Shown in pieces: positions 34,700-46,410 of a stretch of 64,000 nt of DNA. The position numbers were made by a program, and so were the translations under genes. Numbering within the stretch: position 1 is the first letter of the stretch; every line of letters starts with the position of its first letter. The notes beneath the pieces are model-generated. The model saw nothing but the letters and a program-made list of their open reading frames with translations, ran no database searches and had not been told where the DNA came from. Source of the DNA: Mobula birostris (Eukaryota); NCBI RefSeq assembly GCF_030028105.1, contig NC_092382.1, positions 100,890,699 to 100,954,698 of the forward strand. The letters run 5' to 3'.

Positions 34700-35613
34700 A
34701 GGACTCCAGGCACAGTAGTAGACGGCCGACTGGTCCGGGCGCAGGCTGGTGGAGTTGAGAATGAACGTGTTTGCATCGGGTCTCCGGGCGGTGAAGCCGT
34801 CAACAGCCCCTTCCGGATTTACGATGTCGGTATACCCGGAAGGAAACATGTACTGAATCTCCCTACCCGGATATTGTCTGTACCAGTAGAGATAATTGCT
34901 AGCTTTATCGCCGTCCAGGATGCATTCCAGCTCCACGCTCTCGCCGGGAGATTTGGAGAGGCCGGCGTGTCCTGGCAAACGGATTGCGACGTCGCACCTG
35001 AGGAAGGGAACGGGAAGTGAAGAGAGTTAAATGAACCGGAAAACCCGAGTACGTGGGATTATTTTTTAAAGAGGAGGGCGGGATGTCGGGGAAAACGAAC
35101 GTCATTGAGGGATATGGAATGGAAACTCGTTCATACCGACACTGTTTACCACCGAGCTCGTCCCGTCTTCGGGTGTCCGGTCAAAAGACCCGTAAACCTT
35201 CTAATCATAGGACTCATGTGTAAGTAGATGAAGTTTAGACTTCCCCAATATGTCCGCCAGTATTTCAGGCAGCTGCTTCGAACGAGTCGTCATCCGCTGA
35301 TATCCGCTATAATTATTCCTCTCCCATAATAAACCCGTTCCGTCACGTTTTAAGTAGCCGTTCCCCTCCCGCTTTAACTCCATCCCTTATCTTCGGCTAC
35401 CCCCGGAATGAAATCCTAGTCGAAGGAACCTCTCCTTGTACCTCGGGCACGCAGATGCTGGCAAACTTCTGCGAAAACTTCCCTGAACTCGTTCTAGTTT
35501 AACATCTTTCCAATAGCAAAGTGGCCGAACCTAGTTAAGGACTGAAGATTAATTATTGAGTTGGATTGTTTCTTACGTTGAGGCAACGGCGCCAGGGCGA
35601 GGAACAGCAACAT
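34700..35613 (-). pseudogene. TRBV: V11, family C V pseudogene (-1 frameshift in FR1)
   Basis: Leader 35613-35577; exon 34997-34700 is 298 nt, one base missing near 34960 (GGAGAG-GCC versus GGAGAGA-GCC in V13); remainder open to SAVYYCAWSP. Confidence 0.87.
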
Positions 35614-35819
35614 CCTCTCTCCGGAATCCCTCTCTGTGTTGTGAGAGGCAGCGACTGGGGAGAAAACGCCGCATCAGGGCCGCGCCCCTTCCGGGCACAT
35701 TGCTGCCTGCGTCACCAATCCGGAACACGGGAAATGCGGAAGGAGGTGGGTCAAAGACTCAAACGACATTTCCTTATCTACGCCCAGACCTGCTGAGTTC
35801 TTACAACAATGTGTGTGCG

Positions 35820-35863
<44 letters not shown>

Positions 35864-37329
35864 CGTGTGTTGACTCGGCTGTACTGCATCCGGAGACTTT
35901 CATGTCTTTAGCGGCAAGTAAACTCAACCAGCTCCCTCACGAATTTATTTCCGTTTTTATTTACATTTACTGTAATTTATCATATATTTGAGTTATTGCA
36001 CAACAAATTTTACGATACGTACCATTGGAAATATCCCGGTTTCCAGTTCTGATAATGATTCGCCAACCCTCCTCTTGAGATTGGCGGCCTGGTCGCCTGG
36101 AGAATAGGGACTGGAGTTGTAGGAGGAGCAGAGGGTGACGTCTCTCTCTCAGAGGGAGGCATCTGGAGCGTGGAATCAGCGGAGAAGACCTGTAAATGCA
36201 AGCCAATATAGTTTGTCTCGGGCTGGATTTCCAAACATTTTTTTAAACGTCATGGACGAATTTCACGAAGCGAGGGGTCGGTGGTCTCCGTCTGTGGTTA
36301 ATATCGCTGATTAAGGACCAGTTTAGGCTGACTTTGCCGGTTCGCATACAGAGCGGAAGAACGGGTCTGTCATTCCGGAATTCCGCAATTTGAGACCAGG
36401 AGTTGAAACATCAAGAGGAGCGCATTGAAAACATTAAATTTGGGTTAGTTAGTCAACCAGTGTCTGTCCCCTGCTGCTCTGTTTCTCCAGTAAGGGAGCA
36501 CGTGGTGTAGAATTATTTCATTTTATCCATCCGTCCAGCGGAGGGCGCTATCGCACCCTCTACCAGATAATGAAATACATCCACGGCTTCGCGAAGGGGA
36601 TTTCTAATTGGCCCATATCCAGTGGGTACCTGTCCCTCTACACATAGCCAACCGTCCAGATACCATCCAAAAGTCGACAAACCTCGCTGTATTCATAGAT
36701 TCACACAGATATAAAGCAGTGCCTCCAGCAATCGGTATCCATCTCTGAGGACCCTCGCCAACCCGGACCATTTCCTCTTCTCTTCCGACCAGCGCAGAGG
36801 AGGCACGGGAGCCCGAAGAGCGAAAGGTCCTCGAGCAAGCTCTTCCCCTCCGCCATCAGAGGTCTGAAAGGTCCGTAACCCGATAGACTGCGTTGTCATT
36901 CCGCTCTCACTGTTTCACTCGCTCTCCTCTCTCTGTCTCTCTCCGTGCTAATCGCCCTGAGACACCCCTCTGACCGTTAATTCGCGGTTTCCTGGGTATG
37001 TGCTTTGTTTGTTATCTGGCTGTTCTGAAAAATAAAAAAATCAAAGCGCTTCTGAACCTCAAATCCCAAACTGCCTCACGCCTCCTCGGAGAAATCCCCG
37101 GCCGATCTCACACACTGCTCGGCCCGCAGCCAGTGAAGCAGAGCGCAGCCGCTCCCTCTATTCCGCTCTGCCCACCCCGATCCCGCCCTTCAGAACGGGA
37201 GGAGCAAATCAGCCAATAGCAGTGTGAGGACGTCCGTCCATCAGGCCGGAAAGGGCGGGGCCTCCTGTCCGAACTCATTTCACTCTCGAAGGCCTCTCGG
37301 AAGCGTGAAGTCAAACCTTTGAGTGAAAT

Positions 37330-38473
37330 ATGCTGCAGTTTCTCCAGTTGATAATCTGGCTTCACGGTAAAATGTCGACCTCGTTTAATAATTCCACAAC
37401 CTATTATCTATCGTTTTCGTTCGATCTCCACCCTCATTTTTTTCATCTCCCTTTCTATATGCCGTTCCTATTTTTTATCCACTGTTGTGTTTTTGCCCTA
37501 TTGTATTTCAATCATCAAACATGTTTTGTTGTTTTCTTCCCTTCCTTATCCACTTGACGTATTCATCCCTTTCCATTCTCTGTCTGTACCCATCTGCCCT
37601 TTTCTCCCTTTCCCTTTCTCCCTTTCTCACTCTCCCTTTCTCCCATACTCTTCTTCCCTTTCTCTGTCTTTCTATCTCATTTTCGCGATTTATCTGGGCA
37701 ATATTTTATCTCTGTATCTTCGTCTTCATCTGCTCTTCTTAGTTCTCTGACTCTCTTCCCCTCTTGACCTGACATTTCTCTGCCTTTGTCCAATTCTTAT
37801 TACAAATCTCCCTTTCAAATTTAACTCTGCCCCTCTCTCGTTCTGTCTCTCTCTCACATTATCTCTCTCTCTTCCCCCCCCTCTCTCCCTCTCTCTCTCT
37901 CTCTCGCTCTCTCAACCTGATTCCCCCTGTCAGTCTAATCACTCTACCTATCGTATTGTCTGTCTTCAGGACCTAGTGCTTTTGTTTCACAGATATCCAA
38001 CCATCCTTCAATTTACTGACCGTTCCCATATATCTCTTCCGCTCTCCACCTATTTCGCCTCTCCACGCGGTCGGTCTATCCCCACACTCCAGCCGCTCCT
38101 CGCTCCTCGGTTTTCCCGAATCTTCTCCCGTTCTGTAGATTATTGACCTTCCCTTCTCCCCGTCTCAGTTCCAGGTGTGAACCCGCAGGCCATCGTTCAG
38201 ACTCCTCCGGCCCTCACCGAGCATCCCGGGGAAAGTGTGACTTTGAGGTGCGTCAGAAAGGGTAGCAGCAGCAGTAACGCCTTCTACTGGTACAGACAAT
38301 ACCCGGGGAAGGAGATTCACAACCTCTTTTACTCCAGGGCTGTCAACACCGTCTATCCTCAGGGGGCCGTGGACGGATTCACCGCCAGGAGACCGGGTGC
38401 CGAGACGTTCATTCTAACCTCTCCCGGCCTGCTGCCGAACCACTCGGCCGTCTACCTCTGCGGGTGGAGTCTT
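37330..38473 (+). CDS. TRBV: V12, family B TCR V segment, apparently functional
   Basis: Leader 37330-37366 MLQFLQLIIWLH; V exon 38175-38473 open: GVNPQAIVQTPP..LRC..FYWYRQYPG..SAVYLCGWSL. Confidence 0.88.
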
Positions 38474-38512
38474 CACAGCGACTCGGGGACACAGCGGCGC
38501 TCAACATAAACC
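38474..38512 (+). other. 23-RSS of V12 (two variant positions)
   Basis: CACAGCG-23-ACATAAACC. Confidence 0.88.
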
Positions 38513-38749
38513 TTCTAACGTGACAGGAAACAGCTGGCGGTGGGTTTGGCCAGGAATAAGCATTTACTGTTTTCGCTATCTCTCTCTCGTACTTTCTCTC
38601 TTTTTTCTTTCTCGCTCTCACCTTTCCCTACTCTTCCCTCTCTTCCCGAGTTTCCTCTCCGCGGGTTGCAGTCTTACCCAAACTCAGTGGATAAGGCCTG
38701 TTTGTATTTACACTAAATACTCTGTAGACGTTGTGATCAAAGCAACACT

Positions 38750-39650
38750 TTCAGTACGCTGGATGAACTCAGCAGGTCGGGCAGCATCAGTCACAAATGA
38801 TGAGTCGACGTTTCGGGCCGCAACCCTTCGTCAGGACTGAAGAATGAAAGATGGGGAAGGATTTGAAGAATGCTTGTAGCTTCAGTTGAAAGACCAGCAA
38901 CTTGAAAGACAAAGGGGTGGGGGCGGGGAAGCATTGACGTCGTAGTCCTGAAAACAATGGGTAGTAGAAGAAGGAGGCGGAAACATGTGGAAGCTAGGGG
39001 ACGGCTAGAGTTAAATAGACACAGAGGAAGGGAAGGGGAGGGAATTACCGAAATTTGGAGAATTCTATGTTCATACAAATGGGCTGGAGACTACCTAGAC
39101 AGTTAATGAGGTGCTGCTCCTCCAACCTGAGTTTAACCTCATGGCAGTAGAGGAGGCCATGTATGGCATATCTGAATGGGAATGGGAAACTTTGTTGAAG
39201 TGGGTGGCTACCGGGAGCTCCTGTCGGTTGTGGCGGACTGAGTGGAGGTGCTTGACGAAGCGGTCCCCCAATCTGCGTCGGGTTTCACCGATGTAGAGGA
39301 GGCCGCACCGGGAGCACTGGATGCAATAGATGACCCCAACAGACTCACAAGTGAAGTGTTGCCTCACCTGGAAGGACTGTTTGGGGCCCTGAATGGTGGC
39401 AAGAGAGGAGGTGTAGGGACAGGTGTAGCACTTGCACTTACAGGGATAATTGCCGGTTGGGAGATCCGTGGGGAGGGTCGTGTGGACCAGGGAGTCGCGG
39501 AGGGACCGATCCCTGCGGAAGGCGGAGAGGGGTGGAGAAAGAAAGATGTGCTTGGTGGTGGGGTCCTGTTGAAGGTGGCGGAAGTTGCGGAGGATAATGT
39601 GCTGGATCCGCAGGCTGGTGGGGACAAGGGGAACTCTGTCCCTGTTGTGG
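38750..39650 (-). mobile_element. Penelope-like element 3' fragment with GIY-YIG endonuclease remnant
   Basis: HFTCESVGVIYCIQCSRCGLLYIGETRRRLGDRFVKH..PVATHFN (ORF 39095-39367), preceded by a Cys-rich linker and followed by pLTR-type sequence. Confidence 0.88.
38803..38838 (-). ncRNA. Minimal type I hammerhead ribozyme motif in the PLE pLTR
   Basis: Minus strand AGTC-CTGACGA-A-GGG(TTGCGG)CCC-GAAAC-GTC-GACT. Confidence 0.75.
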
Positions 39651-41096
39651 TTGCGGGCTTTTCAGGCAGCACTGCTCTCTGCATAATGAAACTTGCCCCG
39701 CACATCTTGGACAAGAACTGTTCGGAAGGGAAGCAGCCGCTTCCCCAAGGCCATATGACTACTGAACTCTCTGCCGCCACCAAGGTCTCATCACGCATGA
39801 AGCGTCAGTAGCGTTGCATCGTTTACTATCTTACGTCGTGTTGTCAATGAGCCTCTGTCGTATCTGCCTTCAACACCATTACCACCCCTCGCAACAAATT
39901 CCAGCCTCCCACCACACTCTGTGTTGAAAATGCGAACAATTTGCCCCGAAAAATTCATTTGATCACATCGTCATTGTAAGAAAATGTTCATATTTTATTG
40001 GCTTTATTGAGGGAAACAGCACGGTAGCAGGCCTCCCGGCTCATGTTATCAGTCCCACCCACCCGCACGTCTTTAAAATGTAGGAAGCTGTGTGAATGTG
40101 TGATTAAACAGGAGGACGCCCAAGAGGTTACCTGGAGAGTGTGCAAACTCCTTCCAGACAGCCGCGGAACTGAATCGGAGAGCAGAAACAGCGTCTCGTT
40201 CACCGTAACGCCACTCCACCGTGCCGGCACTTTCCACCCTCCACTCCCATGTGAGAATACGTTTCTCCAGATCACTGTCCCGTCAGCTAGCAAGAGCTCC
40301 ATTAGTGGTCTGTCTCCATCCAGGCAGCATCCTCGTCAATCTCCCTCTCTCTCAGCTCAGTGGCATCTTTCGCTACAGCGGGGCGTCCAAACATTAACAC
40401 TGTACTCCAAGTGCGAACTCACCGAAGTCTTGTACAATTATAACATAACCTCCCGCCTGACGTACTCAGTGTCCTGACTGACGAGGATCTGCGTGTAAAC
40501 GCCTTCCTCGTCGCCCCGTCTACATGTGACTCCACCTTCCATGAACCTTTTATCTCCTCTCCATGGTCCGTCTGTTCCACAACACTACCCAGTTCTCCAA
40601 CATTCACGTTGAAAATCATATCCTATTCTAACTTCCCAAAATTTCTGCCCGTTTCGCCAGCTTCCCTTGTTTTGTCCGGCCCTGTAATTGATTTTCACTT
40701 TGATCAAACCGTCTCAGTCAGTCTTTGTAACGTACGAATGTTTGCGATTATGCGGGAAAACCAGAGGGAGACCGCGTGGTCACGGCGGAAATGAATGCGA
40801 GCGCTATAATATCGTCACGTTGCCCGCTGCGCTCCTTTACCGTGCTGCCCGGACGCTTCACCACTCCCATGTGAGGATCCGTTTCCTCAATTCACTGTCT
40901 CCTCATCTGGCAACAGCTCGATAGGTCGTTTTCATCCTCGCCCCTCGAGTTAATCTGGAACGATACCACTGCTTCTCAGTATCACCGGCAGACTTGCTAA
41001 TGATGCCTTGCACGTGTTTTTCAAGAATCTTGTGCGTGTTCAGTGCAATTCAGATCAATGGTTCTCAGATATCACCTGCTTCCTGTCGCCGGCGAA

Positions 41097-41135
41097 GGTT
41101 TTTGTCGGGTCCCGGCGTGTCTCTGAGCCACTGTG
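41097..41135 (-). other. Perfect 23-RSS of V13
   Basis: CACAGTG-23-ACAAAAACC. Confidence 0.95.
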
Positions 41136-42049
41136 AGTACTCCAGGCGCAGTAGTAGACAGCCGACTGGTCCGGGCGCAGGCTGGTGGAGTTGAGAATGA
41201 ACGTGTTTGCGTCGCGTCTCCGGGCGATGAAGCCGTCCACAGCCCCCTCCGGAAAAACCGTGGTACCCGTGGAGTGAAACAGGTACTGAATCTCCCTGCC
41301 CGGATACTGTCGGTACCAGTAGAGATAATTGCTAGCGCTACCGCCGTCCAGGATGCATTCCAGCTCCACGCTCTCGCCGGGAGATTTGGAGAGAGCCGGC
41401 GTGTCCTGGCGAACGGACTGCGACGTCCCACCTGAGGAAGTGAACGGGAAGAGAAATGAGTTAAATGTACCGGAAGACCAAAGTAGGTGGGATGTTTTGT
41501 TAAAGAGGAGGGCGGGATGTCGGGAAAAACGAACGTCACTGAGGGATATGGAATGGACACTCGTTCATACCGACACTGTTTACCGCCGAGCTCGTTCCAT
41601 CTTCGGGTGTCCGGTCAAAAGACCTGTAAACCTCTCTAATCCAAGATTTCATGTGTAAGCAGATGCAGTTTATACTTCCCCAATATGTCCGCCGGTATTT
41701 CAGGAACCTGCTTCGATAGGAGTCATCATCCGCTGATATCCGCTATAATTAGTCCTCTCCTATAATAAACCCGTTCCGTCACGTTTCAAGTACCCGTTCC
41801 CCTCCCGCTTTAACTCCATCCCTTATCTTCGGCTACCCCGGAATGAAATCCTAGTCGAAGGAACCTCTCCTTCTACCTCGGGCCACGCAGATACTGGCAA
41901 AATTTTGCGAAAACTTCCCCGCACTCGTTCTAGTTTAACATCTTTCCAATAGCAAAGTGGCCGAACCTAGTTAAGTATTAAAGATTAATTATTGAGTTAG
42001 ATTGTTTCTTACGTTGAAGCAACGGCGCCAGGGCGATTAAGAGCAACAT
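41136..42049 (-). CDS. TRBV: V13, family C TCR V segment, apparently functional
   Basis: Leader 42049-42013 MLLLIALAPLLQ + GTAAGA; V exon 41431-41136 (296 nt, CDR2 one codon shorter) open to SAVYYCAWST. Confidence 0.9.
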
Positions 42050-42138
42050 CGTCTCTCCGTAATTCTTCTGTGCGACGCGACTGGGGAGAAAACACCGCAT
42101 CAGGGCCCCGCCCCTTCCGGACACATTGCTGCCTGCGT

Positions 42139-42262
42139 CCAATCCGGAACACGGAAAATGCTCAAGAGGTGGGACACTGCTCCAATCCGGAACACGGAAA
42201 ATGCCCAAGAGGTGGGACATTGCTCCAATCCGGAACACGGAAAATGCTCAAGAGGTGGGACA
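42139..42262. repeat. 43-bp unit x about 2.9 in the V13 promoter, each copy with CCAAT
   Basis: CCAATCCGGAACACGGAAAATGCTCAAGAGGTGGGACACTGCT starting at 42139, 42182 and 42225. Confidence 0.92.
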
Positions 42263-42323
42263 AAGCGCGAAACGTCATTTCTATGTCTGCACCCAGACCG
42301 GCTGAGTTCTTACAACAATGTGT

Positions 42324-42378
<55 letters not shown>

Positions 42379-42731
42379 TGTGTGTCTGTGTGTCTGTAGA
42401 TTCGGATGTACAGCCTATGGAGACTTTGAGGTCTTTAGCGGATAGTAAACTCAACCAGCTCCCTCATGAACAGTAGCACCCCCGCCCCCGGCATCGAGGA
42501 CATCTTCAACAGGCGAAACCTCAGTAAGGCAGCATCAGTCATTGTCGACCCCCAACACCCAGGACATGCCCTGTTCTCATTACTACCATCAAGGGGGATG
42601 TGAAGGAGATTGCGGACCCACACTCAACGATTAGGGGACAGCTTCTTCCCCTCCGCCATCAGATTTCTGATCGGCACATGAACCCATGAAAACCACCTCA
42701 GTGGTTTTTCCCTCTCTTGTTTGCCCCACAT

Positions 42732-42812
<81 letters not shown>

Positions 42813-45066
42813 CACAATCTGTTTAAGCCTACATCTGCTTTTTAATCTATTTATTAAATTCCATATTAGTCTATTTCTATATTTCACTGCTATTTATTGT
42901 CTGCGCAGTCGTGCGTTTATTACTTATTTGCCTATTTATTTACATTTACTGTAATTTATCACTTTTTTGATCTATTGCACAATAAATTTTACGACATGTA
43001 CCACTGATAGTAAACCGGTTTCCGGTTCTGATAATGATTCACCAACCCTCCCCTTGAGATTGGCGGCCTGGTCGCCTGGAGTCCAGGGGCTGGAGTTGTA
43101 AGAGGAGCAGAGGGTGACGTAATGAGAAAGGGGAGGCATCTGGAGCGTGGAATCAGCAGAGAAGACCTGTAAATGCAAGTCAATATAGTTGGTCCCGGGC
43201 TGGATTTCCAAACATTTTTTTCATGTCATGGACCAATTTCATGAAGCGAGGGGTCGGTGGTCTCCGTCTGTGGTTAATTTTGCTGATTAAGGACCAGTTT
43301 GGGCTGTCTTTGCGGGTTCGCAACAAGAGCGGCAGAACGGGTCGGTCATTCCGGAGTTCCGCAATTTGAGACCAGGAGTTGAAACATGGAGCGGAGAGCA
43401 TTGAAAACATGAAATTTGGGTTAGTTAGTCAACCAGTGTCTGTTCCCTGCTGCTCCATGTCACTAGTGAGGGAGCACGTGGGGTAGAATTATTTTATTTT
43501 ATCCATCCGTCCAGTGGAGAGCGCCATCGCAACATCTACCAGGTAATGAAGGACATCCACGGCTTCTCAAAGAGGATTTCTAATTGGTCCCTATCCAGTG
43601 GGTACCTGTCCCTCAACGCATTCTGTCCTTCTATCAATAACAAAGCCAGCCGTCCAGATACCATCCGAAAGTCGACAAACCTCGCTGTATTCATAGATTC
43701 ACACAGATATAAAGCAGTGCCTCCAGCAATCGGTATCCATCTCTGAGGACCCTCACCACCCGGGCCATTTCCTCTTCTCCTTCCGACCAGCGCAGCGGAG
43801 GCACGGGAGCCTGAAGAGTGAAAGGTCTTCGAGCAAGCTCTTCCCCTCCGCCAGCAGATGTCTGAAAGGTCCGTAATCCGATAGACTACGTTGTCATTCC
43901 GCTCGCTATTTCACACGACCTGTATCGTTCCCATCGCAACCGACTTCGACGAGGAAGTGGAAGAGTGGGTAGATAAACTTGCAGGAAACGCGAAGCTTGG
44001 TTGTGTTATGGGAAGGGCAGAACTCTACAGTGGGTCATTGGTAGGATGCAGACCTGGACAGAGAAGAGTTGGATAGAGTCCAACCAACCAAGACAAAGGA
44101 AGCATGCGGAAGACTTGTCACAACCGGGGAGTCAGATGCGCACCAGATTCGATAATTATGCTCATGCATATTCCCATTTAAACAATGTGAATATTCAATG
44201 TGAATATACATTTAAACAACTTCCCTTGGGATCAATAAAGTATGACTATGACTATGACTACGTCAGTTAATTATTCAATTATGGCGGTATTGAACTCCCT
44301 GCCTTTCTTTGTAGCGCTCCCGATTCTTGAGCAAAGCACGGCAACTTTATGATGCCGGCTTGCATTCGGCCGTTCCTCAAAACAGTGGACTGACACTGAG
44401 GAAGAGCAGAATTTGATTTATATTTAGATATTCCTTTCTGAAGCGGTGTTCACTCCTAGTTTATTGCAAAAGAGCTTTGGCCAAGCGTTTGTTTTATGAT
44501 TTCCCGTAAAATGCTGATCGCATTAAAGTTCCGCCTTTGTCTCTCTCTCCCTCTCTCTCTCTCTCCCTCTCTCTCTGTCTGTCATCTCCCTTTCTCCTCT
44601 CTCTCTGTTCTCACTCTCTCTCTTTCTCTCAATCTCCATCTCTCCTCTCTCTCTCTGCTCGCTCTCTCTCTCTCTCTTTCTCTGTCTCTTCCTCGCCGTC
44701 CTTATTTGCCTGGGGAACCCCTCTGACTGCTAATTCATGGACTCTTCGGTATGTAGTTTGCATCTTTACTTGCTGATCTGAGACAGAAAAGTCAAAATAC
44801 CTCTGCTCCTCAAATCCCGAATCGCCATGCACCTCTTCAGAGAAACCGTCAGCCAATCTCAGAGACAGCGCCGGCCGCAGGCAATGACGGAGAGCGCAGC
44901 CTTTCCCTCTGTTCAGCTCCGCCCACCCCGACCCTGCCCTTCAGAAAGGGTGGAAGATATCGGCCAATACCAGCGTGGGGACGTCCGTCCATCGGGGGAA
45001 GGGGCGGAACCTCCCAGCCTCACTCATTTCACTCTCGAAATCGTGAAGACAACCTTCCAGTGAAGT

Positions 45067-45103
45067 ATGCTGCTGCTGCTTGAGCTGATAATCTGGCTTC
45101 ACG
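45067..45103 (+). pseudogene. Orphan family B leader exon (V exon and RSS deleted)
   Basis: ATG..MLLLLELIIWLH-G + GTAAAA; the intron matches the V6 intron to about 45342, then jumps to V6 post-RSS flank. Confidence 0.85.
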
Positions 45104-45666
45104 GTAAAATGTCGACCCTTTTTAACAATTAAGCAACTATCCACCTATTCCCCTTTGCTTGCCATCACCTCCCTCATCTTTTCAACACTCTTTCTTTCTG
45201 CCGTTTCTATTTTCTGTCCACTATTGCGTTTTTTGTTCTTGCATTTCAATCACTAATTTTTTTTATTCATCTCTTATCCTCGTTATCCACATGACGCCGG
45301 CATCACTTTTCATTCTCTGTCAGTACCCTCTGCGAATTTCTCACCCAACCTCAGTGGATAAACCCTGTTTGTATTTACACTATCTGCATCCGAGCTGCGA
45401 ACAAGCACAAGGATCGCCACGCCTTTTGAACAACGTCACGCCAATTCGCATTCTCCGCAGATCATTGGACGACGACGAGCCAATCACATCCCGGGTTTGC
45501 TGACATTGTCTACCCTTGGCCACAGTCCACATTCTGCGTCGATCGGGTGGGGGCTGGACTGAGATCTCAGCCAGCTCACTCACTCCGCGCTTCTCCTAGT
45601 CTACTGAGATCAGACACTGAGACAAGAGCCCACGTCGGGCGCACACGCGGCAGCCAAGGCCCCAAA

Positions 45667-46371
45667 ATGAGATTCCTCGCCCTTTTTCTGGGTCTTATTT
45701 TCAACTACCCTGGTATGTAACTTCCACCTCAAATACTCCACCTTTCAGCCAAGGATTTCTTGAATTCCACAACTCTTTAAGATTTACATTTCGATCCAAT
45801 TCCATCATCGCCTGAATATTTGATATTTCAGTACACCAAAATGTTTCTTGGCTTCAAGAGTAGCTTGAGAAATAAATAATGCCTTGGCCAGTCTACATCT
45901 ACATCTAAGCAGGGGCTAGCAAGTAGCTGCGGACCGAATAGAGAGCAGGTGCTCTTTTGCGCGGTCGTCCCTCTGCTTTCCCTCATTCACCCCTCGTTAA
46001 CCATTTCTTTTCATATCCCTCTCCGGCCCCCCATGCTCACTGACTGTTCTCTCCTCCCTTTCCTTGTGCCACAGGCGAATTCGCAGAAGATCCATCAGAC
46101 TCCGCAGGCTGTCTCCGCGCCTCCAGGGAAGGATGTCCGACTGAGCTGCATGCTATCCGGAGGCAGTAGCGATCCATACATGTACTCGTACCGGCAATAC
46201 GCGGGAGAGGCTCCACAGTACCTGTTCGAATCTGCTGGCACGAACTTTGCAACTCCGGGCAAAACCATGGAGGGATTCATCGCCAAGAGGCCTGAGGAAA
46301 TGACTTTGAATTTGACAACCGACAAGATCTGGGCCAATCAATCGGCCCTGTACGTCTGCGCCTGGAGCTGA
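45667..46371 (+). pseudogene. TRBV: V14, family A V pseudogene
   Basis: Leader 45667-45712 + GTATGT; acceptor AG->AC at 46071-46072; conserved Trp->Ser (MYSYRQ); TGA at 46369-46371. Confidence 0.87.
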
Positions 46372-46410
46372 CACAGTGACTGAGAGAAATGGGCCGACGC
46401 GACAAAAACC
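46372..46410 (+). other. Perfect 23-RSS of V14
   Basis: CACAGTG-23-ACAAAAACC. Confidence 0.95.

Larger units (their letters stand above)
31615..35700 (+). repeat. Direct segmental duplication, copy 1 (copy 2 at about 46545-50170)
   Basis: Nearly identical line by line at offset 14930 (e.g. 32945 vs 47875); includes a CR1 end, the empty cassette and a family C V. Confidence 0.9.

Noticed and set aside
42139-42262. CRISPR-like array (also the 55-bp repeat at 3041-3150)
   Set aside because: Head-to-tail tandem copies without unique spacers, in vertebrate DNA with no cas genes.
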